From IMG/VR virus record IMGVR_UViG_3300005532_000002: a DNA stretch of 59,884 nucleotides; one strand, given 5' to 3'. Source of the stretch: a virus. The translations under genes were made by a program, and so were the position numbers. Below are positions 9,101-17,614 of the stretch, one piece after another. Numbering within the stretch: the first letter of the stretch is position 1; each line of letters begins with the position of its first letter. The notes under the pieces are model-generated. The model saw only the letters and a program-made list of their open reading frames with translations, had not been told where the DNA came from and did no database searches.

Positions 9101-9469
9101 GATCAACGCCTCGTTGAACGAGCGGACGAGGCTCGCCTGGCCGCTCCGATAGTCGTTGAAGATGCCGGTCTTCTTGAGCCATGCCTCGCTGTCCGGCGAC
9201 AGGCCGAGCGGTTCCGAGCCCCATCCCTGCCCGTAGCCTTGCCCGAAGGCGGAGAGCACGCGCCCGGCGGCGCTGACGCCGGTCTGGAAATAATGATCGA
9301 GCGCGCCGCCTGCGCGCGCCCACAGCGAATCGCTCGGGGCGTTGGCGTGCGCGAGCAGGTCGTCGAGGCTCTTGAACGGCGGCGAGCTTGCGCCTGTGGA
9401 GGGCGGCGCGTTCTGCGGCCCAGCCTTGGCGAGCAGGTCGTCGAGGCTCCGGAAGGGTGCGTCGGGCAT
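3155..9469 (-). CDS. Giant (2104 aa) polyvalent internal/ejected virion protein
   Basis: Single ORF. HExxH motif FIHETGHAW, ERHIEARHG motif, hydrophobic C-terminal third. Sits after the gp16-like gene in T7-like gene order. Confidence 0.8.
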   Translation of the reverse strand: MPDAPFRSLDDLLAKAGPQNAPPSTGASSPPFKSLDDLLAHANAPSDSLWARAGGALDHYFQTGVSAAGRVLSAFGQGYGQGWGSEPLGLSPDSEAWLKKTGIFNDYRSGQASLVRSFNEALIRPAATAIDVVNRAIQGAFRGAQGAAEQTALEAGAPPTLARDIAALPEALLPEAPHLPHALSPREIGAARDLGVIGKGEHGWDGTAAEEKPPPATGEPAEAHAAAIADATKSTAEEQPPAGTEPDKTISEEPNVGARETEPEPDIHTIARQIAPDTFREYDALAARKETFRRWLGDLAEVRRRDAEANAPHTAEIADLDRQIARERQRLEGTNPRRTKIYQARIDDLEKQRAPLAETREEAIAAATSRDTPDMQRVRQALMQTDYRMRDLAVDVSAAYREAATRMPQPWPEIAPSSPTAAAPTAEATAAAVQQPEPAIAPPAPPEAISGQTQAELPLEHPEPPMIVAPPEAQTAEPKPEGGKPALQEKKPLPPGGIASDVARQLVAAGRPQDEATAAGQLVAAYYETRAARFAGRLGTPEDLYARDAPRIVAGRGASKRAMEYAQGVPGPEPIPIGEGEARYVERGGERFVARADGSDTLGEITPDIAAAVGRDAAPIRLPEGNDAYGERHIEARHGTQIRTAGYRDAAELVADVANGFAEIYQARDGRLLLAKPNGRVRIAVVELRPSADGSHWTVTTAGLYRPSYFRNQELLWRRPGPGASPLEGGSPFNSPGSQSSAPLQRQPGPDVSSPSGESPFDPGSQSSNSNIGPEDELEQAQRGKIRLATKQARATITLLEHADASTFIHETGHAWLENLVADAAHPLAPQSLKDDAETVRKWLGTKPDGYITTRMHERFARGFEQYMREGRAPSQALARVFAQFRQWLTAIYQSARQLGRPITDDIRGVFDRMLSHEPGRTIIAREEEPPRTLADTHEAAAARTLPTHAAQVAEQVRAETEERTAPEVKDEIAARGIGAPGEGVGGGAPPGEPSDRHGPAPEPVAGTAGAREGAGALLPGGGEVAPQGHRASETAARRSPEITPYERVPRQPLRLVAWLKQQGGVRDEGGDVRAIIGGARGRIGLVNRNGLPLDEAALRAWEEGYLPEYAERPDIQSLLDAIEEDLKQRPRYSEHDRAAAAEYERALAQNEEIDRLAQERGVDPRGLSREQFFDAIADRVGLEAAETMAERLAIRHESALAEADRAAQHWAEEHGREWRPELEYGTPQSLEDIENADRRGAALGRPRAGAGGAGRSGPAAAGEAPIQEGARPGGGGAGARRGGATAEEPPPQPRAITDRAGTPDGPNDFFPDAKGTIGGRSEFVDKAGNIRLDLLGTPESVNEAIRDAADENDAFVAERRGVVSDAQVLALADALGMDAAKLNRRRIGEAFNAEQVVAARKLLIQSATAVRDAMARAAFGSEEDVLRYAEAKARHRMIQGQVAGITAEAGRALRAFRAFKGARDEPLEQFLETATGRTLFQMRREAQLGLELDTPAQVSKFVADSDKTGLFDWLQSFFVNALISGPATHGTYAVANALFSLWKGTAERGAAAIVGELRGLLGDAAADRVRFGEVPAGLYGFMRGYARDGWKAAWRAFKSNETQLLPGEEMAAKPFRTRVIPGIAGTVLESPGRLINAIHALSRTAGYTRSIAAQAYRTAAEEGRAGDDLAARIRALTVDPTEDMMRRAIAEAGEDAMMQKAPYGSLRQRFASLVDAGVALPDVPLPGGRTLPLGTLRPLRFVDPFVTITANIMDSALVERTPVGLLSPRIRDDLLGRNGGAAQDLAAGRMIAGSALMLLGGSLAAEGLLTGSPPSDPREASVKYLTGWQPYSVRIGDIYYQIHRLGVLGIGLGIAADLWDVAGYAAKGDLANTAAMAVHAVARNILDESFLRGPSELLGAIEEPTQHGESWAKGFFSSFVPFSVGLSQTARTLDPYMRQTRSVLDAIKAKIPFVSETLPPRYDIWGQPIPNRQALVPEVTALYESRINTDPANQALLRLGVFPAQLPRKIRGVALSDEQYDLFSRTAGRMAKMRVDAIVRMPGFAMLPAGVQHDMLTSAIRGARETARSLVMMRYPDIVRAALAAKRAQLLGPQAASGAAALH

Positions 9470-12400
9470 CAGCGGACGCTCTCGGCGCCGATCCGGTTGA
9501 GCTGCTGTTCGGGTGTCTCACCGCGCGAATAGAACGTGCCAGGCTGCTCGGGTGGGGCGGTCGCCGATGCCGGTGCGGGCGGTTTCGTCGCCGGGGCAGC
9601 GATCCAACCGTGCGCGAGAGCAATCGCCTGCGCCTGATCGCGCGTGATGTGGCCGGCCTGGAACGCGGCGGCGAGCGCCTGCGGGGTGTCGATATCGGCC
9701 GCCGAAGCGGCCCCGCCGGGCGCGTTCTCGTTCAACAGATCCGATGTCCACTGCGACATCGGCCGTTTGAACGCGGCGATCGACTTGCCGATATAGTTCG
9801 GGCTATTGGGGTCGAAAATGTCGGACGGGGTTTTGCCCGCCGCTCGTGCCTTCTCGATCGCCGGCAAGGCCTGCGCCATGAATTTGAGGTACAGTTCCTC
9901 GCCCCGCGGATCCTTGATGTGCAGCCCGTCGTCGGCGCCCGAGATCTCGCCGTGCGCGGTGCGGAAGAACTGGCGCTCCATCTCGGTCCATGCCGCGGCC
10001 TCGGGCGTGCCGCGTCCGGCGATGATCTTCGACAGCGCATCGACGCCCTTCAAGGTCAGATCGCCGCCCGGGCCGGCGTGGCGCATGATCTCGGCTTGGT
10101 CGGTGATGCGCGTCGGATCGCCCGGCGGTGCCGTCACGCGCTTGTAGAGCGACCAGAAAGCCGGGCCATAGGTCTGCGTCGCCTCGGCGACGTCGCTGCC
10201 GCTCTGCTTGACGGCAAAGCGCTGGTACATGTCGAGGAGCGCCCGCCGCGTATCCGGCAGCAATGCCGGGTCGCTGCCGATCTGCGCCGCCGTCAGGGTC
10301 GGGTGGCCGCTCGACAGGTCGGCGATGATTTCGTTCGCGCGCGCCTGGCTGGCGTCGTGGAGCTGCTGTTCGTGCAGTTGCCGCGCGTGTTCCTGGTCGG
10401 CCCAGTGCGCGGCGTAGTTGACGCGGGCGAGATCAATCGCCTTGGCGAGGACCTGCGGATCCTGGATCTTGCGCGTCAGTTCGGCGATCTTGTCGGAGAG
10501 GCTCGGAACCTGCTCGTCGCTCGGCCGCTGTGCCGGCGCATTCGCGGCCGCCGGGATTCCCGTCGCACGCGTCTCGGCGCCGGGCTTGCCTGCCAAAGCC
10601 GCCGCCGGCGTGATGCTCGCCTCGCCGTTGTCGCCGACATGCAGGTATACGGTGCCGTACCTGTGGATCATGTCTTCGACCTGAGCCTTGAAGGTCGGCC
10701 ACTGGTTCCCGGCGATCGCGACGCAACCCTTGGTGATCAGCTCGTCGCTCGATCCGGCGTGAAGCTCGATCCCGACGCGGGCGCGCCCCAAGCGCGGGTC
10801 GTAGATGAAGTTGTTGTTGACCCCGATGGCGCCGTGCGCGCGCCCCCACGGGCCGACCGCGCCGGGCGTGATCGGATAGTTTCCCGGCGGGATCGGCGCG
10901 GCGCCCTTCTCGCCGCCGGAGCCCCATTGGTAGTGCCGCCCTTCGACGTCGATCGTGCCGCCGATGTGCGCCGGCGGCTGCCTCGGTGTCGTCGCGGCCT
11001 GCCGGCCAAGCGCGGCGATGGCCTGCTCGCGCAGCTTGTCGACTTCGGCGGGATGAATTCCGTCCTTTTGCCAACGGATGTTGGGTTCGAAGAAGACGGC
11101 GCCGTGCGCCTCGGCGAGCTGCCGCAGTTGCGCATTAACGGCGTCGCGGTTCGGCACGCCCGGGCCGACGCCGGGAACGACCGCGCGAGCGCCGGCCTTT
11201 TGCAGAAGGTCGAGTTCCTGCCCGACGATCGCCACCTGCGCCGGGTTGTTGCTGGTCCCGGGCGACAGGAAGATGGTCCGGCCCTTGAACTGCTCGGGCG
11301 GCGTCGCCTGTAGGCGGGCGAGCACCATCGCCGGCGTGTCGCCGATGACCGCGGTCGCGCCCCGCTGCTGCGCGAGCGCGCGCCCGCGCTGGCCTTCCTT
11401 GCCGCCGACGCCGTGGCGGATCTGCTGCACCGCGATCGAGTCGCCGAAAGCGAGATCGAATTTCGGCGGGGCGGCCGGGGCGGCGGCCGGCTCTGTCCCG
11501 GCACCGATGCCGCCGCCTCCTGAGCCTGTCGAAGGGCCGAGGGCGGCGCGCTCGTAGCGCTCGCGCCACAGATCGACGAAAGTCGACGCCGGCGCGTTCG
11601 GATCGCCGCCGTTGGCGCGGATGTTTTCGGGCAGCACGACCTTGCCGGCCGGCGTGCCCGGCGGCGCGTTCAGCAGCGCGACCGCACCCGGGACGCCCTG
11701 CTGATGCGCGAGATAGACTTCGGCGTTGGTCGGTTCGCGGCCAAGCGCCGCGCCGAGTTCGCTCTTGGTCTGCGCCAGCCAGCGGAGGCCGTTGTCGATC
11801 TGCGTGCCGCGATCGGCCATGTCGCCGCCGCCGGCCTTCCTCCACTCGTCCGGCCCGAGCTGGAAGATATTGCCGCGGGGCCCGAGGTTGCGGCCGAGGT
11901 CGCTCTCGAGCCGCGCCGTGCCGACGGCGAGCGAGGGGTCGATATTGAGGCGCTGCGCCCGGTCGGCGATCGTCTGCGCGACCGGGCCGCTCGGAGCGCC
12001 CGCGGGCGCTGAGCCTGTCGAAGGGCCGAACACCGCCCGCGTTGCCTCGGCATCGACGAGCTTTTCGTGGATACCGCGCTCCAATGCGTCGCGCTGCGCC
12101 GGGTCGATGTGCGGGCCGTATTGCTGTAGCAGTGTGTTGGCGGTCGCCCAATCCTCGCGCGCCATCGCGCCCTGGATCGCCGCGGTCGCACCGAGGCCGA
12201 CCGGGTCGTGCCCGACATAGCGCTTGTCGCCGAGATCGGACAGCCGTTGCATCTGGCGACCGATCGTCTGGAACTGGCTGTCGAGATAACCCGGATCGTT
12301 ATACTGGTTCGACACGCTCCGCAGGGCCGAGACGATCGCGGCGGTGCTGGTGTCGAGCGCGTTCGTGCGCACCGCTTCCGCCGCGGCGCGGCCGATTGCG

Positions 12401-12816
12401 CGCGAGAAGGCGACGCGCTGGTAATTCGTGCTGCGCGCGAAAAAGTTCTGCGCCTGCTCGTTGCCGAGACTGGCGCCGCTCTGCCGCCACAACTCGTCGA
12501 GCTGCTGCATGACCTGCGGGCGCGCCCGCAGAAAATCCGCGCCGGTCTTCGCGAACAGGCCGTTCTCGCCGTAGAGCAGATCGTTGGCCTTCTCGCTCCA
12601 ATCTACGGCGGCGTTCTCGGCGCTCGTCTCGTTGTGAAGCTGCTGGATCTGGATGGCGGCTTCCGCCATCGCATTGCCGCCGGCCTGGATCTCGCCGCCG
12701 GCGCGCTGCATCGCCGCGCCGACGACGTCGAGGCGCGGCATGTCGGGCCGATAGAAAACGGGCGCCGGGGCGGCCGGGCGAACATCGGGCGCGCCCTGAT
12801 AGACGACGCGGGCCAT
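9469..12816 (-). CDS. Internal virion protein with lytic transglycosylase, SGNH/GDSL hydrolase and YkuD/DUF2778 (Tlde1-like) domains
   Basis: ARLESDLG..YLAHQQG (SLT-like); FGDSIA..GTSNN..DGIHP (SGNH blocks); GNYPI..ELHAGSSDELITKGCVAI (H/C motif). Confidence 0.8.
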   Translation of the reverse strand: MARVVYQGAPDVRPAAPAPVFYRPDMPRLDVVGAAMQRAGGEIQAGGNAMAEAAIQIQQLHNETSAENAAVDWSEKANDLLYGENGLFAKTGADFLRARPQVMQQLDELWRQSGASLGNEQAQNFFARSTNYQRVAFSRAIGRAAAEAVRTNALDTSTAAIVSALRSVSNQYNDPGYLDSQFQTIGRQMQRLSDLGDKRYVGHDPVGLGATAAIQGAMAREDWATANTLLQQYGPHIDPAQRDALERGIHEKLVDAEATRAVFGPSTGSAPAGAPSGPVAQTIADRAQRLNIDPSLAVGTARLESDLGRNLGPRGNIFQLGPDEWRKAGGGDMADRGTQIDNGLRWLAQTKSELGAALGREPTNAEVYLAHQQGVPGAVALLNAPPGTPAGKVVLPENIRANGGDPNAPASTFVDLWRERYERAALGPSTGSGGGGIGAGTEPAAAPAAPPKFDLAFGDSIAVQQIRHGVGGKEGQRGRALAQQRGATAVIGDTPAMVLARLQATPPEQFKGRTIFLSPGTSNNPAQVAIVGQELDLLQKAGARAVVPGVGPGVPNRDAVNAQLRQLAEAHGAVFFEPNIRWQKDGIHPAEVDKLREQAIAALGRQAATTPRQPPAHIGGTIDVEGRHYQWGSGGEKGAAPIPPGNYPITPGAVGPWGRAHGAIGVNNNFIYDPRLGRARVGIELHAGSSDELITKGCVAIAGNQWPTFKAQVEDMIHRYGTVYLHVGDNGEASITPAAALAGKPGAETRATGIPAAANAPAQRPSDEQVPSLSDKIAELTRKIQDPQVLAKAIDLARVNYAAHWADQEHARQLHEQQLHDASQARANEIIADLSSGHPTLTAAQIGSDPALLPDTRRALLDMYQRFAVKQSGSDVAEATQTYGPAFWSLYKRVTAPPGDPTRITDQAEIMRHAGPGGDLTLKGVDALSKIIAGRGTPEAAAWTEMERQFFRTAHGEISGADDGLHIKDPRGEELYLKFMAQALPAIEKARAAGKTPSDIFDPNSPNYIGKSIAAFKRPMSQWTSDLLNENAPGGAASAADIDTPQALAAAFQAGHITRDQAQAIALAHGWIAAPATKPPAPASATAPPEQPGTFYSRGETPEQQLNRIGAESVR

Positions 12817-13424
12817 CAGGGGCCTCCGCTGAAATCCTGATTACCGACGTTTGGGCTGCCGGTCGGCATGAACGGACTGAAAAAGCCGCCGCCGGCCGGG
12901 GCGGCGCCAACGGTGGTCATCCAACTATATTTGGCGCCCACGTTGCTCAACCCGCCCATCAGCGAGCCCATCGCGCCCCACATGCCAGCCTGTTCGTCGG
13001 CGCTCGCCTCTGCGCTATAGAGCCCGGCTTGCGCCTGCTGGTTCGTGCCGGCAACCTCGTACTCGTAGCCCTGCACCTCGCCCTGTTGCATCACGGTCGC
13101 GGCGTTGGTGCGGCCGACGAGACGCTGGGTTTCCTGCGTCTGCTTGGCGCTGCCGGTGTTCGGGTCGATGCCGGAAGCACCCTGTTCGGCGGCGATCGCG
13201 GCGACGGCCTGCCGGTTTTGCAGGCTGGCGTTCTCGGCCTGCGCCTCGCCCGCCTCCTGTGCCGCGGTGGCCGATTGCTGCGCGGCGATGGCATTGTTGT
13301 TGGCGACTTGCGCCTGATAACGTGCCATCGCGGCTTCGGTTTGCCCTTGTTCAAAGGCCCCGATGGCCGAGATGCCGGTGCCGATGACGCCGAAGATCGG
13401 CGCCGCAGCGGCCAAGAGGCCCAT
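12816..13424 (-). CDS. Internal virion protein (Q/A-rich, hydrophobic N-terminus)
   Basis: Internal ATG (aa 43) of ORF 12816..13550. Its start lies 2 nt after the upstream stop. Confidence 0.6.
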   Translation of the reverse strand: MGLLAAAAPIFGVIGTGISAIGAFEQGQTEAAMARYQAQVANNNAIAAQQSATAAQEAGEAQAENASLQNRQAVAAIAAEQGASGIDPNTGSAKQTQETQRLVGRTNAATVMQQGEVQGYEYEVAGTNQQAQAGLYSAEASADEQAGMWGAMGSLMGGLSNVGAKYSWMTTVGAAPAGGGFFSPFMPTGSPNVGNQDFSGGP

Positions 13425-13425
13425 T

Positions 13426-13890
13426 TCAGGCCGCCTCCCACACGATGGCGCAAAGGCGCTCGCCGTGGCGGCCGAGCGCCTGCGGTTCGCCGATGCGGGC
13501 GCCCAACAGGCGCCAGAAGCGCAAGACGCGTTCGGCATCCTCCGGTCCACACGCGGAGACCGAACGGTAATGTGCGAGGGCGCAGTCGATCTGGGTTTGC
13601 ATGAAGCGCAGGAAGGCGAGCGGGCGGCGCTCGACGGCGGCCGTCGTCAGCAGCCACGCCCGCGCCTCGGCGCCCATCAGGCTCGCGACGAGGCCGCCCA
13701 GAGCCGCGATCTCGCCGTCGAGGAACAGCGCGCGGCAGTAGAGCGAGCAGCGGATCATATGCAGGACGGCCCGGCGCGGCCGCAGCACGATGGCGGCGAT
13801 CTCGCCCAACTCCTCGCGGCGCAGGCACGGCAGGATCAGCGCGGCGTGGCGCGGCCGGCCGGGGACGACTTCAATACCCTTTCGCGCCAT
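13426..13890 (-). CDS. Hypothetical virion-module protein
   Basis: ORF 13426..13968. ATG at 13890 has SD GAAGGG. Codons upstream of it have low GC3. Confidence 0.55.
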   Translation of the reverse strand: MARKGIEVVPGRPRHAALILPCLRREELGEIAAIVLRPRRAVLHMIRCSLYCRALFLDGEIAALGGLVASLMGAEARAWLLTTAAVERRPLAFLRFMQTQIDCALAHYRSVSACGPEDAERVLRFWRLLGARIGEPQALGRHGERLCAIVWEAA

Positions 13891-13993
13891 CTGCCCTTCG
13901 TCTATACTGATCAACGTCGCCCCCGATGAGGGAGGCGCGGATTGAAACAGCCAATTCGATTGCACCACAGCTCGCAGATCGTCGGTGTCGCTA

Positions 13994-16732
13994 TCATGTC
14001 GCCGCCGACATCTGCTGCTGCGGGCCGCCGCGCTGTTGCTGATCGCGCCCCGGCGTCATGCCGGCTTCGGGTAAGTCGCCCGGCAAAAACTCACTGATGA
14101 TGTCCACTACCTCAAGCGGCAGCGGATTCAGCTGCTGCACCGCGACTTGGCCCGATTTCTGCCAATCTGATCTTACGACCGCGCGCAGATCGCCGGTGAA
14201 GAGGTTGACACCCTGGCCGCCGCCGGCCGTGGTGAACGGCGTGCCCTGATCCGGCACGGCGGTCATGTTCGACCATGTCGGCGCGATAACGGGCGGGCTT
14301 TGCGCCGCCCCGTCCGGCTGGTTCGTGCCGACCTGAAGCTTGCACGAGTTCGTCACCCGCAGAGTCACCGCGTAAATGCTTTTGCGGCGTCCCTGAATGG
14401 TCGGCTGGCCGGCGTCGAGATAGAGGGTCTGGATCTGTGGCGTGAACTGGAGACCAAGCTTCACGTTGGCGGCCGGGAACGGCAACGTCACCGAGCCCGA
14501 GGCGGACACCGTCAGCGGTCCGATCGGCACGCCGTCGGCAAGCCCGACGACGCTCATGCCGATCAGATGCGTGAGCCCCGTCACTATGCTCGTCAATGCA
14601 CCGGAATAGGCGAGCCCGCAATCGACGCACCACGGATCGCCGACGGTCTGCCAGATGCGGTTGTCCATGCGCTCGACATAGTAGCGCTGCGCGCCGCCGA
14701 TCGTGCGCTGCACGACCAGATAGAGGGCGTCGATCGCGGCGACGCCCTGCATGCCCGGCAGCGGCTCGGAGACCGAGCATACCGACAGCACCGTGCCCTG
14801 CGTGTCGTGCCGCGCCCAGCCCCAGATCTCCTGTTCTTTGAGATAGGTCAGAGATAACAGGATACCGTCGTCGCGCACCGCCCAGATCACCTTGTAGGGC
14901 TCCTCGCACCACGCCCATTGCAGGATCGCGTGACCAAGAAACAGATGCGAAGACAGGATGGTGAGGTCCGTCCCGGTGTAGATCGAGACGAAGAAATTGT
15001 ATTGCAGGTCGCGGACGATCGAGCCCTTGCCCTGGACATAGACGATGTCGTAATTGATGCGGATCGGCGGCACGTATTGCGAGAAGCCGTTCTGCGCCTG
15101 CGGGATCGCCTGTACATTGCTGGGCGTGATCGGCTGCTGGTTGGCGCCAAATGAATTCGGCCCCTGCACCTGCCACGCCCCGACGCCGGTGCCGACGACG
15201 AGACCGCCCGGCATCGGGACCATCCAGTTGACGCCGTTGACCTGCTGCGACCAGGGCGTGGTCGTGATCGCGTCGTCGTCGGCCACCGGGATCGACACGT
15301 CGAAATTCGTGTAGTCGCCCGGCTTCGAGAAAAAGAGGGTGTCCGGATTGTTGGCGGTCGAGGCATAGGCGCGGCGCGTCTGGAAATAGGCGACGCACCC
15401 GGGATAGGTGCCGGTCTGCGGCGAGAAGCTGAGGGTTGCGGCCGCCCCGGAGCCGCCGCCGCCGGAAAAGGTGATCGTGTCGCTCGGCGCGTAATTCTGC
15501 CCCGGATTGGTGACGACGAAGGCAACCACTTGCCCGCTGGGCGGCACGACCGGGTAGCCCGCAAAGCCGGAGCCGGTCGTGGTGATGATCGTATAGGACG
15601 GATTGCTGGTGTAGCCCGAGCCGGGCGAGGTCATGTTGACCTCGATGATCGCCCCCGACGCGAACGGATTGGCGTATTGCGGCGGTGCCAGCGAGAAATC
15701 CGGAACCGTGTTGGTGTCGACATAAAGCGGCGCGTAGCTGGTGCCGATGTAGCCGTACACTTGCCCGACCGGCACGGCGCCGCCGAAGGTCACCGGCGCG
15801 CGGTAGATGTTGTAGGACGCGGCGCCGTTGACCCCGGTCCAGTTCACATCGACAGATCCCGCTTGCGCCCCCATGTTGACGCTGTTGCTGACGGTCTGGG
15901 CGCCGCTCGGCAGCGATTCATGGCCCTGGCCGTCGATCGCGGTCACGACATAGCTGTAGGAGGCCGGGTTCGTCGTCGTCGTGCTGGTCGCCGAGACGGC
16001 GAGACCGGAGGGCGGGTTCGGTGCCAAGCTGCCCGGGCTCAGCGGCGCGATCGTCCAACTTGCCGAGCCGAGGCGCGAGAGTTCCTGCGGCGCGTAGCTC
16101 TGATGCGCCAGCGACATCACGTCGGCCGATTGCGCATATTTGAGCAGCGCCAGATCGGCCGCTGCATAGGGCGTCGCGAGGGTAAAGAGGCGCGCGACCG
16201 TGCCGCCCGAGGTGTAGGCGCCGTAGCTCGTCGAATTGATCGGGTTGCCGTCGAGATCGGTCAGGGTGAAGGTCGATCCCGACTTGTTGGCGACGATGAA
16301 GGTCTGGCCGTTCAACTGCACCATGCCGCCGACGCCGCCGACGAACACCCAATCGCCGTTGGCGAAATTGTTGCCGGACGCGGTGATCTGGCACGGGTTC
16401 GCCTGGGTCGCGCCGGTGATGGCGAACGCCGACTCGGTGACATAGGAGCCGCGGAAGATGACCCGCATGTAGCGGTTGCCGAATTCGAGCGCATAGCCCT
16501 GGTAGAGCGAGAACTCGAACGGGATCAGCCGCGGCGGGTTAGGCAAGCCGGTCTGCAGCGAGCGGCCGACATAGGCGGTGCCGGCGCGCGACAGCACGCC
16601 GCCTCGATAATTCACGAATACATTTCTCGCCGTCGAGAGCCCGGCAGCGTATTTCGCCAGATCGACGCTGCCATAAAGGCTCGGCGCCATCTCGCCCGAC
16701 GAGAAGGCGGTTTTGATGACCGGGACAGGCAT
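13994..16732 (-). CDS. Tail tubular protein B / nozzle-like (T7 gp12 position)
   Basis: 912 aa. N-terminus FSSGEMAPSLYGSVDLAKYAAGL..GGVLSRAGT. Directly follows a gp11-like gene. Confidence 0.65.
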   Translation of the reverse strand: MPVPVIKTAFSSGEMAPSLYGSVDLAKYAAGLSTARNVFVNYRGGVLSRAGTAYVGRSLQTGLPNPPRLIPFEFSLYQGYALEFGNRYMRVIFRGSYVTESAFAITGATQANPCQITASGNNFANGDWVFVGGVGGMVQLNGQTFIVANKSGSTFTLTDLDGNPINSTSYGAYTSGGTVARLFTLATPYAAADLALLKYAQSADVMSLAHQSYAPQELSRLGSASWTIAPLSPGSLAPNPPSGLAVSATSTTTTNPASYSYVVTAIDGQGHESLPSGAQTVSNSVNMGAQAGSVDVNWTGVNGAASYNIYRAPVTFGGAVPVGQVYGYIGTSYAPLYVDTNTVPDFSLAPPQYANPFASGAIIEVNMTSPGSGYTSNPSYTIITTTGSGFAGYPVVPPSGQVVAFVVTNPGQNYAPSDTITFSGGGGSGAAATLSFSPQTGTYPGCVAYFQTRRAYASTANNPDTLFFSKPGDYTNFDVSIPVADDDAITTTPWSQQVNGVNWMVPMPGGLVVGTGVGAWQVQGPNSFGANQQPITPSNVQAIPQAQNGFSQYVPPIRINYDIVYVQGKGSIVRDLQYNFFVSIYTGTDLTILSSHLFLGHAILQWAWCEEPYKVIWAVRDDGILLSLTYLKEQEIWGWARHDTQGTVLSVCSVSEPLPGMQGVAAIDALYLVVQRTIGGAQRYYVERMDNRIWQTVGDPWCVDCGLAYSGALTSIVTGLTHLIGMSVVGLADGVPIGPLTVSASGSVTLPFPAANVKLGLQFTPQIQTLYLDAGQPTIQGRRKSIYAVTLRVTNSCKLQVGTNQPDGAAQSPPVIAPTWSNMTAVPDQGTPFTTAGGGQGVNLFTGDLRAVVRSDWQKSGQVAVQQLNPLPLEVVDIISEFLPGDLPEAGMTPGRDQQQRGGPQQQMSAAT

Positions 16733-16741
16733 TGTTATTCT

Positions 16742-17614
16742 TTAATACACGCCGCCATCGGGAAATGCGAACCCGGCCCAACCTTGAAACAGGATGCCGG
16801 GCCCGGCGTCATTCCATCCCGGTCCCCACCAGCCGCCGCCCGCGCCGCGCGCAGCGAGCCAGTCCGGCACGTGATCGGCCGTCTTCGGAAAGCCGGCGTC
16901 GTTGGCCGCGGCGGCGCGCGCGACGGCGAGCGCGTCCTTGGCGACCGCGATCTGCCGGTCGCGCAGGGTGAGGGCGAGCTTCTTGTCTTCGGCCGCGACC
17001 ATCGCGAGGCGCGCGGCCAGGGCCGCCACCATCGCCTCGCGGAACAGCGGGTCCCATTCCTCGATTTCGCGCGCGAGCTTCGTGTAGACGAGCAGCGCGT
17101 TCGCCATGTTGGTCAGCACCACGCGGCGCGCGAGGAGGCCCTGACCTTCGATGCCCGAGAGATCCGGCATCGATGCCCAATCGACCTCGCCGGCGACGAT
17201 CGGGTATTGCTCGCTCGAGGAGACAAGAAAGCGCGCCGGCCGGGTCGTGATCGCGGTGTTGGTCGGCGTGAGGCCGGTCATCTGCGGCCCCGGCGCCGTC
17301 GCATTGGGCGGCGTCTGGTACGGCATCCAGATCGCCTGAACACCGTCGTTCGGCCACGCATAGGCGTATTGCCAGGGCGGCTCGACGATGGTGCTCGCGC
17401 TCGGCGTTTGCCCGCTGGCGTCGCCGAGTAGAAGCAGGGGAGCCATCTTCCGCGCGAACCCCCAATGCGCCGCGCGCAGCAGGCCGCGCAGGGTTTGCCC
17501 ATACCAGCGGCGCGCCGCTTCCGAGACGCGCGTGCCGTCGCTGAGCGAGCCGATCGGCTCGACGGAGAGAGCGTCAAGGCTCTGGTTGACGATGTCGGCC
17601 GGAAGTTGCCGCAT
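16742..17614 (-). CDS. Tail tubular protein A / adaptor-like (T7 gp11-like), paralog 1
   Basis: DIVNQSLDALSVEPIGSLSDG..WGFAR..PPWQYAYAWP pattern parallels the T7 gp11 N-terminus (recalled from memory). Confidence 0.65.
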   Translation of the reverse strand: MRQLPADIVNQSLDALSVEPIGSLSDGTRVSEAARRWYGQTLRGLLRAAHWGFARKMAPLLLLGDASGQTPSASTIVEPPWQYAYAWPNDGVQAIWMPYQTPPNATAPGPQMTGLTPTNTAITTRPARFLVSSSEQYPIVAGEVDWASMPDLSGIEGQGLLARRVVLTNMANALLVYTKLAREIEEWDPLFREAMVAALAARLAMVAAEDKKLALTLRDRQIAVAKDALAVARAAAANDAGFPKTADHVPDWLAARGAGGGWWGPGWNDAGPGILFQGWAGFAFPDGGVY

